A stretch of DNA of 28,103 nt from a virus, in IMG/VR virus record IMGVR_UViG_3300000304_000017, positions 1 to 28,103 of that record; one strand, given 5' to 3'. Positions 1 through 7,828 of the stretch are shown one piece after another (the first letter of the stretch is position 1; every line of letters begins with the position of its first letter). Both the position numbers and the translations under genes were made by a program. Below the pieces are notes generated by a model. It searched no databases. It was not told where the DNA came from and saw only the letters and a program-made list of their open reading frames with translations.

Positions 1-54
1 CGTTACCGCTTCGTCGGCGATGTCGCGCTTAATGAAGGTAACGTTTAAATACGC
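1..54. repeat. Terminal direct repeat copy 1 (54 bp), identical to 28050..28103; circular-closure overlap
   Basis: Base-by-base comparison: cgttaccgcttcgtcggcgatgtcgcgcttaatgaaggtaacgtttaaatacgc occurs at both ends of the window. Confidence 0.95.
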
Positions 55-162
55 CTCCATTAATTCCTGCGCGGCCTCTATCTGCGCCGCGGCCTGCGCG
101 TCGTCCTTCGCTTTGGTAATTTCTTTTACCGTTTCCAAATCAAGTATGTATTCCCCCGCCAT
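1..162 (-). CDS. Head-tail connector (gp6-like) protein, N-terminal part; continues across the circular junction into 28049..27624
   Basis: ATG at 162 with GAGGG 5 nt upstream. Translation is MAGEYILDLETVKEITKAKDDAQAAAQIEAAQELMEAYLNVTFIKRDIADEAVT, then LPYKKISIISPQYAPINSVKEIKVLQSDGGYQ, joining ORF 27624..27977. Total 588 nt (195 aa). It sits between the capsid and head-closure genes. Confidence 0.6.
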   Translation of the reverse strand, partial: MAGEYILDLETVKEITKAKDDAQAAAQIEAAQELMEAYLNVTFIKRDIADEAVT

Positions 163-170
163 AACGCCCT

Positions 171-341
171 CTATTTTTTGTCCGCTTTTCTCAAGCTCTT
201 TGTTTCTTTTTCGTCCACGGGCGCGATGTATTTTTCAAACGCCTTCGCGTCCACGTCCTTAAACACGACGATAGCTCCGGCCTTGTAAGGACCTACCGCC
301 TCTTTGAATTTGTATTTTTTCAGTTCAAAATTTTTAGCCAT
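171..341 (-). CDS. Small hypothetical protein (56 aa) between the capsid and connector genes
   Basis: Hand translation: MAKNFELKKYKFKEAVGPYKAGAIVVFKDVDAKAFEKYIAPVDEKETKSLRKADKK, stop TAG at 173..171, AAGGA upstream. It falls below the 60-aa cutoff of the ORF track. Confidence 0.45.
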   Translation of the reverse strand: MAKNFELKKYKFKEAVGPYKAGAIVVFKDVDAKAFEKYIAPVDEKETKSLRKADKK

Positions 342-360
342 AATTTTTTTCCTTTTAGGT

Positions 361-384
361 GGGCGGAGTGGTTAAGCTCCGCCC
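361..384 (-). other. GC-rich stem-loop just after the major capsid stop codon
   Basis: GGGCGGAG (361-368) pairs perfectly with CTCCGCCC (377-384) around an 8-nt loop. The minus strand has no U-tract, so this is more likely an RNA-stabilising or partial terminator hairpin than a classic intrinsic terminator. Confidence 0.5.
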
Positions 385-401
385 TTGCCTATGAAACACG
401 A

Positions 402-1598
402 TTAGGCGCCCGCAGAAGCAGGCACGGTGGCTTTCGCCCAAACGGAGCCGACGACAGAGATATCGGCGCGCATTTCAAAGCGGAAAGCCTGTTTGTTCTC
501 CTGGAACAGGTGATGCGTGGTTTGAGTCGGGCTTTCGCCTTCCACAACAGTAGCCACGTCGCTGTAGCGGATAGCAAACTCGTTTTTCGGCGAGAAGATG
601 ACGTTATTCAAATCGCCGAACACGGCACCGCGCGCACCGATAAGGTCGCTGTCCAGGGCCACGACTTCGCTGCCGTCCACGCGCATTTTGCCCTCTTCGT
701 AATAGAGCCAGGCAGGCGCATTAATGCGGGCCATGGAGGCCAGTTCGTTGTAAAGCGCATTGTCAAGGTAGAACTTGCCGCTGCGCTGCACGAACACGGG
801 CACGGCCTGCTTCAACAGGAGCAGGTCGGTAATGCCGGTTACGCTCGGGGACTGCACACCAGACGCACCTAAAATACCGTCGCGGTCTGCGCCGTCACCG
901 TTAAAGAGCCAGTCGTTAAGCGTATCAATAAGGCCGACGCGGGCCTGTTCGGCAAACAGCGCGGGCAGGTCAATGGTCGTGTCGTCCATCAGTTCATCGG
1001 TAACGACGACGATGCAGGACAGTTTGGCCAGTTTCTGCGTGATTTCGCCAAACGTCGGATTGCTCACGGGTTTGACCGCGCCTTCGCCAACAAAGGCCCA
1101 AGTAGAGCGCGCTACCAAATTGGGGATAGTGCGGCTGTCGCCTTCAATGCCCCAGGGCAAGCGGCGCGCCTGCGCAATCAGGTCGTCATTGGTGCCCAGC
1201 AAATCCAACACTTCAGGCAAAAAGCCCGTCGGCACTAGATAAGAGCCGGTAACAGCTCCGGCCTGCAACGCGGCTTTGACATTGCCAAAGCGCGCGGCTT
1301 TCACGTCGGTCAGAAAGTCGCGGAAACCTTTTCTTTTTTCTTCAAAGGTTTTTACCTGCGCTTTCGGAGTGAAATTAACCGCGTGCGCGTTTTTGGCGGC
1401 GGTCAGTTCATCGGACAGTTTAGCGGATTTCGCTTCCGCTTCCTGCGCTCTCTTCTCCGCCTCTTTGGCGCGCGCGTCGGCTTCTGCGGCCTTCGCGCTG
1501 GCCTCTTCAGCGGCTTGCAGGACGGTGTCCAATTTTTCGGTCAAAGATTTCAGCCCGTTCTCTTCGGGCGAAACCTGTGCGGTTTTTTCTTTATCCAT
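402..1598 (-). CDS. Major capsid protein, HK97 family, with N-terminal coiled-coil delta/scaffold domain
   Basis: I prefer the start MDKEK at 1598, with AAGGAG 6 nt upstream, over the ORF-track start at 1643. The N-terminus is Ala/Glu/Lys-rich (AEADARAKEAEKRAQEAEAKSAKL), typical of an HK97 delta domain. The gene follows the prohead protease. Confidence 0.9.
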   Translation of the reverse strand: MDKEKTAQVSPEENGLKSLTEKLDTVLQAAEEASAKAAEADARAKEAEKRAQEAEAKSAKLSDELTAAKNAHAVNFTPKAQVKTFEEKRKGFRDFLTDVKAARFGNVKAALQAGAVTGSYLVPTGFLPEVLDLLGTNDDLIAQARRLPWGIEGDSRTIPNLVARSTWAFVGEGAVKPVSNPTFGEITQKLAKLSCIVVVTDELMDDTTIDLPALFAEQARVGLIDTLNDWLFNGDGADRDGILGASGVQSPSVTGITDLLLLKQAVPVFVQRSGKFYLDNALYNELASMARINAPAWLYYEEGKMRVDGSEVVALDSDLIGARGAVFGDLNNVIFSPKNEFAIRYSDVATVVEGESPTQTTHHLFQENKQAFRFEMRADISVVGSVWAKATVPASAGA

Positions 1599-2220
1599 TC
1601 TTCGCTCCTTGCCCAAAATCGGGCTGTTTTGATTTTGCTTCAAATTTGTTTATTTTCTGCTTCATTTCAAATACGGCCAATTTTCCAAACGCCGAGCGCA
1701 AGTCCATGCGCGGCGCAGTCTTGGCAGGCTCTGCGGGCGTTTTGGGCGCAAATACGGCATAGGTATCCGCCGGAACAGCCACCAGAGAGATTTCAAAGAT
1801 TTTAGCCAGCGTCAAATGCGACGGATTTTGCAAATCTTCATAGAGCCAAACACCGCCGATAGATACCGTCTTTAAATGGCCTTCTTTGATTAATTGCCGC
1901 GCGTGTTTAATTATCGGCAGGTCGCTGTTGGAGATTTCGGCTTCAAAGTAAAGCCCTTTTTCATCTTCAAAAATGTTAGTTACCGAGCCGACCATGTGCG
2001 AAACATCATGGTCGTGGTCCATAAGCAAGACGGGATTGCGGCGGTATTCTTCCAGCTCATAAACGTAAGAGCGGTTATACTCCGTCGGTATATCGCCGTA
2101 TCTGTCGGCAATGTGCTTGTTATTGGCGTAGCCGCTGATGCGCAGCACGCCGTCGTTTTCGGCCTCTTTAAAGCCGGTAATAACAAACTCTTTTTTCCCT
2201 TCGTATTTTTTTATGTCCAT
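1591..2220 (-). CDS. Prohead maturation protease, HK97 family (S78-like)
   Basis: Motifs LLMDHDHDVSHMVGSV and LKTVSIGG resemble the His/Ser catalytic regions. The gene lies between portal and capsid, and its stop overlaps the capsid ATG (ATGGATAAA). Confidence 0.85.
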   Translation of the reverse strand: MDIKKYEGKKEFVITGFKEAENDGVLRISGYANNKHIADRYGDIPTEYNRSYVYELEEYRRNPVLLMDHDHDVSHMVGSVTNIFEDEKGLYFEAEISNSDLPIIKHARQLIKEGHLKTVSIGGVWLYEDLQNPSHLTLAKIFEISLVAVPADTYAVFAPKTPAEPAKTAPRMDLRSAFGKLAVFEMKQKINKFEAKSKQPDFGQGAKNG

Positions 2221-2223
2221 TTT

Positions 2224-4329
2224 TTAATCCTCTACCACCGGCGCAATATCGCACAAGCAATTAATATCCTGGTCTGCCGTACCAAACTGCCCAGGGGCTT
2301 CTGTTTCCTGCCCCGTTGCCGGATTTTTAAATTTTTCATTGATACCTACTATTTGCCCGTCCATTTCCAAGTGCCCCTCGTGGTGGTCAATAACGCCCAT
2401 GGTGGTAATCCACTCTTTGCCGGTTACAAACGGCGTGGTGCGGTATGCCTCCAACTGCGCCTCCGAAATCGTAGCGCGCGTTTCGGTTTGGGTAATTATC
2501 CCCACGCGGTCATATATGCTGACGTGCCGCACGGTTCCGCCCGCAGGCTCTGCTATCAAATCGGCGGGCTCATATCCTTCTTCGGCGAAGAATTGCAAAA
2601 TGACATTGTTAATATCGCGGTTGCTTTTGCCATTGGCAATACCCGTTTTGACGATTTTGTCCAGCCGCTCCCACGTCGTACGCTCTATGCTGTCGGCCCA
2701 CTTAAAAGCGTACTGTTGGGCCCATTGGGCCACGCGGTCGTAAGTATCTTTTTTGCTTAAAAATTGGTAATCCTTCGTCGGGTCCAGCAGCTGCAAATAG
2801 TCCTGTTCAAACAATATGCCGGCTTTGTAAATTTCGCTTAACGCGGGCACCTTCAAAGCTAACAGCGCATTGCGCTGGGCGGTCATACCTCCGAGAGCCT
2901 CGTCGTAACTAAACGCCTTATCCTCGTTATCTTTAATCCAGGCGCGCACCTGTTCGGCCTGCGTATTGAAATGGTCGGTAATGCTCTTGCGCATTACCTC
3001 GCTTTGTTCTTCAATCAGCCGCAAGCGGGCTTTTTTATGAAACCTTCTTTGCGCAGAATTGGGCCGCAGAGCGCGTTTTGCCGCGCGGGATACACCTTTA
3101 TACCCCTGCGGTAATTTGCCCGCGCTAAAGCCGCCAAAAGCGTTTAATATCGGGTCTGGGGCTTCATCCCCGCCAGGCAAGTCGCTAAACGGCAAATCCA
3201 AGGCGCGCTTGACTTCGTTAATAGGCCATATCGTGGTTAGCTGTGCGGCGGCGGCGGCCAATACAGACCAGTCTTTCTCAAGGGCTTTTACTTTGGAAAA
3301 ATCGTAGTCTAAATAAACATCTTCGTTTTTGTAAAATTCGCCGACGAGATATTCGTTGAAAGCGTCGGAGAACAGGCGCGCCATCGGCATAACGGTAGTT
3401 TCGTAAAATATCTTCTGCTGCTCTTTCGTATTAAACTGCGGTGCGTATTCAAATAAACCCACCAGCGCGGGAGGCACGCCCATGGCGGAATAAATTTGCT
3501 GCATGGAAAACTTTTGCCCTTCGGCGTACTCCATATCCTTGTGGCTGGTCTTGTAGCTTTCGTATTTGCCGCCGCGACCCAAAATAGCCGTGCGGTGCGC
3601 TTTGTCCGCTCCCTGGTGCCGGTCATTGAAAAACGCCAAAATTTCCGCCTGCTGTTGGGCCGACAGATTGACATTATCGGGGAAGGTAACTACCCCGCCC
3701 ACGCTGGCTCCGTTTTTAAAAAACGCCAAATTAAACGTCTTGGCAGCCTGTATGGTTTTTGCGTCCAAAGTGCACAGCGCAGCGCGGCTGCGGCCTTCAA
3801 ACAACGTATCCGCTACCCCTTCATAGACGTGCATCATATCTTCTGCGGGCACGTTATAGGAGCCGCTGGTGGTGGACACCTGATAGCGGGCCGGATAACC
3901 TGTATGGCTGTCGTAAATAATTTCCACCGACGGGGAGGGGATAGGGATTAAGCGCGTGGGTTGACCGCTGTTATTGCGCGCGTCTTTCAAAATGAAAACG
4001 TCGCCATATACCAAAAACTGCGCGCTTACGATTTGTTTAAACAGATTTTCGGTAAGGAACGGCGCAGGCTGATACAATAAATCCAAAAGCGGGTTTATCC
4101 CTTTGCGCTCGTAGGGGATTTCCTCCCCGTCGGCAGAGTGCAGGCGGATTTCCCCGTTGCAAAACGCCGTAGATATGGCGCGGATATTGGCCTGTAAAAA
4201 GCTGTTGCGCAAACGCTCATCGCCGTGCGCCGTGCCGTCCAAAGTTACCCAGCCGGAGGGGGAAACATCGCCGTTAATGCCTAATAATTTTCTTCCAAAG
4301 CGTTGCAGTTTTTCTTTTATCGTCATCAT
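2224..4329 (-). CDS. Portal protein fused to a Mu gpF / SPP1 gp7-like minor head (MuF) domain
   Basis: One 701-aa ORF. The N-terminal ~420 aa are portal-like and sit directly after TerL. The C-terminal part (GIITQTETRATISEAQLEAY...GKEWITT...HHEGHLEMDG...PGQFGT...INCLCD) matches the MuF head-morphogenesis signature. Confidence 0.85.
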   Translation of the reverse strand: MMTIKEKLQRFGRKLLGINGDVSPSGWVTLDGTAHGDERLRNSFLQANIRAISTAFCNGEIRLHSADGEEIPYERKGINPLLDLLYQPAPFLTENLFKQIVSAQFLVYGDVFILKDARNNSGQPTRLIPIPSPSVEIIYDSHTGYPARYQVSTTSGSYNVPAEDMMHVYEGVADTLFEGRSRAALCTLDAKTIQAAKTFNLAFFKNGASVGGVVTFPDNVNLSAQQQAEILAFFNDRHQGADKAHRTAILGRGGKYESYKTSHKDMEYAEGQKFSMQQIYSAMGVPPALVGLFEYAPQFNTKEQQKIFYETTVMPMARLFSDAFNEYLVGEFYKNEDVYLDYDFSKVKALEKDWSVLAAAAAQLTTIWPINEVKRALDLPFSDLPGGDEAPDPILNAFGGFSAGKLPQGYKGVSRAAKRALRPNSAQRRFHKKARLRLIEEQSEVMRKSITDHFNTQAEQVRAWIKDNEDKAFSYDEALGGMTAQRNALLALKVPALSEIYKAGILFEQDYLQLLDPTKDYQFLSKKDTYDRVAQWAQQYAFKWADSIERTTWERLDKIVKTGIANGKSNRDINNVILQFFAEEGYEPADLIAEPAGGTVRHVSIYDRVGIITQTETRATISEAQLEAYRTTPFVTGKEWITTMGVIDHHEGHLEMDGQIVGINEKFKNPATGQETEAPGQFGTADQDINCLCDIAPVVED

Positions 4330-4333
4330 AGTT

Positions 4334-5551
4334 TTAATACACCAGCGTCATAGCGTTTGCCGTAGCGTCATAAAATTGAACGGCGTAGCGCACGGCGGCT
4401 ATACCGTCATCGCGCTGTTTGTTGGGCTCAATGTTATCCAAATATTGCCCGTCCATATTCTTCTTCCATTCGTAATTTTCAAATTCGTACTGCAAATTTT
4501 TACTTTCTTTATGAATAAAAATTTTGTACTTCTTCAACGTATCTATGCTGTTTAGCACGCTGGTCTTGTTTATCCCATTGCAAATATATCCGGCGTTTGA
4601 TATATCGCGTATCCTGTCGGGCTCCGCGCTGTCAGCTATTACGTCGATATCTTTGCGTATCCCCTGCGCGTCCATAAGGGCTACCAGTTCGGTGTTAGTG
4701 ATATGCGTCTTGTAAATTAGTTCGCGCAAATAGACTTCATCGTCTTTAAAACTGCACTGCACCAGAGCCGTTGCGTGGTTCCATCCGAAATCCAACCCCA
4801 TAACCGTGCCGTCAAATTCTTTTGGCGCGCTCTCGTCGTCATATAACTGCCATTTTTCAAATATCCGCCCTTCGCTAACGCCCCATTTGCCCAGCACCAG
4901 CATTTCGTATTTGCGCGGATTGGTGTCCTTCATCGCCAAAAGCGTGCGTATGTATTCCTTTGTCAAAAACGGATTATCCTTATACGTGCTGTTAATCACG
5001 CACACGCCGCTCTGCGGAAGCAGCCAGGTTTTAATCCAACCGCGCGCGTCGCTGGGGTTAAGCGAAAGAATAATTTGATTTCGTTTCCAGCCCTTCGGCC
5101 TGGCCGCGCTTAAACGCGTTTGAAGCATTGTAAAATCATCCGGCGTGAAGTCCGTCGCCTCTTCCATCCAAATCAGGTTAAACTCGGTAGACTTAATCTT
5201 GCTTTCATCGTCCAGCCCAAAGAACAATATTTCGCTTTGCGTGCCGTTTCCATCGCCAAAATCAAACGTATAATACCGCTCCTGTTTATGAAAGCTGTCG
5301 CGGTTATATACGCCGAAACCGTCCATGATTTTAAAGAACGGACGGATGACCGTGGCGGGCATCGTAGCGGCTATCTTGCGGCATATGCCGATTTTAAGCC
5401 CTGGGTATTGGCAGGCATAGGCTATCGCGCACTGCGCTATGCTATAGCTCTTGCTAGAACGCACACTGCCGACGTTGACGATAATCGGCGCGGGGTTCTT
5501 ATAATTTTTTTCAAAGACCGAAGTAACGTAAAATCTTTTTTCATTCGCCAT
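4334..5551 (-). CDS. terL: Terminase large subunit (PBSX/Terminase_3-like)
   Basis: Walker A-like VGSVRSSKS, Walker B-like LIWMEEA, and a C-terminal RNaseH-like nuclease motif GLDFGWNHATALV. Located upstream of portal. Confidence 0.9.
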   Translation of the reverse strand: MANEKRFYVTSVFEKNYKNPAPIIVNVGSVRSSKSYSIAQCAIAYACQYPGLKIGICRKIAATMPATVIRPFFKIMDGFGVYNRDSFHKQERYYTFDFGDGNGTQSEILFFGLDDESKIKSTEFNLIWMEEATDFTPDDFTMLQTRLSAARPKGWKRNQIILSLNPSDARGWIKTWLLPQSGVCVINSTYKDNPFLTKEYIRTLLAMKDTNPRKYEMLVLGKWGVSEGRIFEKWQLYDDESAPKEFDGTVMGLDFGWNHATALVQCSFKDDEVYLRELIYKTHITNTELVALMDAQGIRKDIDVIADSAEPDRIRDISNAGYICNGINKTSVLNSIDTLKKYKIFIHKESKNLQYEFENYEWKKNMDGQYLDNIEPNKQRDDGIAAVRYAVQFYDATANAMTLVY

Positions 5552-5921
5552 TAAAATTTTTTTTGTTTTTTACCAACTCAAAAACAAATTTGCGCGGCTC
5601 ATTCATATCCACGGATATTTGTTCTTTGGGCATTTGGCCCAGCATTTTAAGCACCAACGCAATGGCTCTAGGATCGCCTGCTTCGGCTTTTAATATCAGC
5701 CCACGTATAACCCCTACTTCATGGGTTATGGTTTCTCCGCCGCGCGTTTTAACCTCTTGGGCAAGGGCTTCCCGCAACAGTTCGGCCATGAGTTTGCGCT
5801 TCCTGCTGTTTACCCGCTTTCCCAAAGCCCCTTTCCGCCCGTTTACCGCCGCCGTTTCCCTGTTAAAACGGGTATTAAGGCCTATGCCTTTTTTGGCTAT
5901 ATCTTTATCTCCGCTGGGCAT
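5541..5921 (-). CDS. terS: Putative terminase small subunit
   Basis: 126-aa basic protein directly upstream of terL, overlapping it by 11 nt. The call rests on synteny and composition only. Confidence 0.5.
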   Translation of the reverse strand: MPSGDKDIAKKGIGLNTRFNRETAAVNGRKGALGKRVNSRKRKLMAELLREALAQEVKTRGGETITHEVGVIRGLILKAEAGDPRAIALVLKMLGQMPKEQISVDMNEPRKFVFELVKNKKNFNGE

Positions 5922-5922
5922 T

Positions 5923-7128
5923 TTAGGCCTCCAATAAGCGGGCCTGCTTTCCCGTCAAGCTCTCCCAGCGCGTAATAATCACGTCGCAATAGTGCGGGTC
6001 AATTTCCATTAAGCGGGCCTTGCGGCTTAACTGTTCGCAGGCAATCAGTGTAGTGCCAGAGCCTCCGAACAGGTCTAATACGATGTCATGCTCCGCGCTG
6101 CCGTCACGTAAGCAATTGGCCACCAAAGCCACCGGCTTCATAGTGGGGTGTAAATCGCTCTTGTTCGGTTTGTCATACTTCCAAATCGTAGTCCTAAATT
6201 CACCTTTCCGGTAATTTTTATGACTTTTCGTCCAGGTATAAAAGATAGGTTCGTGCTGATAATCATAATCCAACCGACCCAGGCTAAAAGTGGCATTATT
6301 TTTTTCCCAAACCAAAATATGGCGGACAGGTAAACCGGCTTCTTTCATCATCATCATCATTAATCCTAGCTCTCCGCCTTGCGGGCTGGTAACATAATAT
6401 ACCGCGCTGTCTTTGCAATTTTCACGGCAATTTGTCATAGCTTTTACGAGCAGATAATAAAGGTCTGATAATGATATGTTGTCGTTAGCTATATTCTGTT
6501 TACATATTCCGGCTTTATCGAATTTATTAAGAGCCGAATTTTTATCCCCAATAGCCACCCCATACGGAGGGTCCGTAAAAACCATGTCCGCCTTTTCGCC
6601 GGCCATGAGCTTTTCTACATCACCAGAAGAAGAACTGTCACCGCACATCAGTCGGTGGTCCCCTAGCCGCCAAATATCGCCCTTTTTAGCGCGCGGAGTG
6701 GTTTCGGAAACCTCTGGCGCATCATCCTCTTCTACAGGCTCCACAGGGGCCATATCCGGCAACGCCTCAATACCAAAGTCCGGCAGTTCGGATAAATCAA
6801 AATCGGCGGCTATATGGTCAAAATCCCACTGGACTTTATCGGAGGTGGAATTATCCATAAGCGCAAGCCGCTTTCTTTTTTTGTCCTGCGTTTTCAAATC
6901 GGTCCGTTTAACAACGATAAGCCGCTTTCCGTCTGTTTCAATGACCTGCACGGGCAAGCCTAATTCCCGCGCCTGCTTATATGTAGCGTTTCCGGCAATG
7001 ATTTCGCCTTCAGAGTCAATGACAATAGAACGGCCCGCGCCGAGTTCCTTTAAGCTCTTTTTAATCAGCTTTAGGTTTTTCTCGTCGTGGGTGCGGTAAT
7101 TGTGCGCGTCAAATTTTATATCACTCAT
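5923..7128 (-). CDS. ParB-like N-terminal domain fused to a DNA methyltransferase (N6A/N4C, beta class)
   Basis: The N-terminus is ParB/Srx-like (KSLKELGAGRSIVIDSEGEIIAGNATYKQARELG). Motif IV is MVFTDPPYGV, followed later by motif I LDLFGGSGTT. Confidence 0.85.
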   Translation of the reverse strand: MSDIKFDAHNYRTHDEKNLKLIKKSLKELGAGRSIVIDSEGEIIAGNATYKQARELGLPVQVIETDGKRLIVVKRTDLKTQDKKRKRLALMDNSTSDKVQWDFDHIAADFDLSELPDFGIEALPDMAPVEPVEEDDAPEVSETTPRAKKGDIWRLGDHRLMCGDSSSSGDVEKLMAGEKADMVFTDPPYGVAIGDKNSALNKFDKAGICKQNIANDNISLSDLYYLLVKAMTNCRENCKDSAVYYVTSPQGGELGLMMMMMKEAGLPVRHILVWEKNNATFSLGRLDYDYQHEPIFYTWTKSHKNYRKGEFRTTIWKYDKPNKSDLHPTMKPVALVANCLRDGSAEHDIVLDLFGGSGTTLIACEQLSRKARLMEIDPHYCDVIITRWESLTGKQARLLEA

Positions 7129-7129
7129 C

Positions 7130-7615
7130 TTATATCTGTTCCGTCCTCATCAGATACACTTCTTTGAGGCGGCGCTCGTCTATGTCCCCTAGGGCGTTTA
7201 AAATCCCCTGGACAAAAGGGCCCGGGTTTTCCGCATAAAAAACAATGCCCCGCTGGAGCAGCTCATCTGCGGTTTGCTCCAGTACGAGGCAATTTTTAAG
7301 CATTTCGGAAAAATCAGAAGTAGGCTCCAGCGCCCGGATATACTGCAGGGCGCCGGTTAGGGAGGTTTCTGCGTCTGCGATGGAAGCGTCCCCGCTTTGA
7401 CCGATGGCCAGTTCTTTGAGGCGGTCTATATCTTCCGAAACTCTGTCATAAATGTCATTTAAAAGCAGGTGGGCGGCGTAACCCTTATCCCGGGCGCATA
7501 AGTGCGCCTGGTGTAGGTATTGCCGTAAAGCGGTTAAAACGTCGCAGATTTGTTTTAACACCAGAAATCCCCTTTGGTTGGGACTTCCAGTTAAGAGAGG
7601 ATAAAAAAACGCCAT
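7130..7615 (-). CDS. Dps/ferritin-like four-helix-bundle protein (tentative); first gene of the late unit
   Basis: 161 aa and predicted helical. The pattern H38-x10-H49-x14-D64-x3-E68 resembles the Dps ferroxidase ligand spacing (H-x11-H-x14-D-x3-E). There is an overall by-eye resemblance to Dps helices A-D. Confidence 0.4.
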   Translation of the reverse strand: MAFFYPLLTGSPNQRGFLVLKQICDVLTALRQYLHQAHLCARDKGYAAHLLLNDIYDRVSEDIDRLKELAIGQSGDASIADAETSLTGALQYIRALEPTSDFSEMLKNCLVLEQTADELLQRGIVFYAENPGPFVQGILNALGDIDERRLKEVYLMRTEQI

Positions 7616-7656
7616 CCTCCGCAGGGGGCCTCCTGCTGTTGGATAGCTTATATCAT

Positions 7657-7685
7657 AATATAAACGTTTTTTGACAAAAAGTCAA
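7657..7685 (-). promoter_or_regulatory. Sigma70-like promoter for the late (minus-strand) unit
   Basis: Read on the minus strand: TTGACT (7685-7680), an exact 17-nt spacer, then TATATT (7662-7657). This lies about 40 nt upstream of the ATG at 7615. Confidence 0.6.
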
Positions 7686-7696
7686 GTCAAAAACGT
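7664..7696. promoter_or_regulatory. Nested dyad symmetry overlapping the late promoter
   Basis: TTGAC-AAAAA-GTCAA (7671-7685) is a perfect palindrome. It is nested inside ACGTTTTTTGAC (7664-7675) / GTCAAAAACGT (7686-7696). Confidence 0.5.
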
Positions 7697-7786
7697 AAAA
7701 ATAAAAAGGCCCCGGTTTTGGTGTTTTTAAAGCTCCCCAATACAATTTATTTTTTGTGACCAAACAGCTTATTTTTTAAAAAAGAC

Positions 7787-7815
7787 TTGACAAAATGCCT
7801 AAAACTTCGTAAATT
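7787..7815 (+). promoter_or_regulatory. Sigma70-like promoter for the early (plus-strand) unit
   Basis: TTGACA (7787-7792), a 17-nt spacer, then TAAATT (7810-7815). Confidence 0.55.
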
Positions 7816-7828
7816 ATAATTACGAAGT
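7804..7828. promoter_or_regulatory. Perfect 9-bp inverted repeat (candidate operator) over the early -10 and start site
   Basis: ACTTCGTAA (7804-7812) and TTACGAAGT (7820-7828), separated by 7 nt. Confidence 0.55.

Noticed and set aside
1894-2760. 288-aa plus-strand ORF, and similar long antisense ORFs (510-872, 775-1242, 1276-1805, 3496-3951, 6476-7099, 19591-20040, 24763-25287, 25331-25900)
   Set aside because: They lie entirely antisense to strongly supported structural genes. They lack RBSs and have skewed low-complexity compositions (Arg/Ala/Ser/Phe-rich), as expected for shadow ORFs in mid-to-high-GC coding DNA.
7616-7636. GGAGG immediately abutting the ATG at 7615 as the RBS of the Dps-like gene
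   Set aside because: Zero spacing is non-functional. The AGGAGG at 7634-7629, 13 nt upstream, is the more plausible SD, possibly brought closer by the GCAGG/CCTGC hairpin (7621-7636). The start codon assignment therefore carries some uncertainty.
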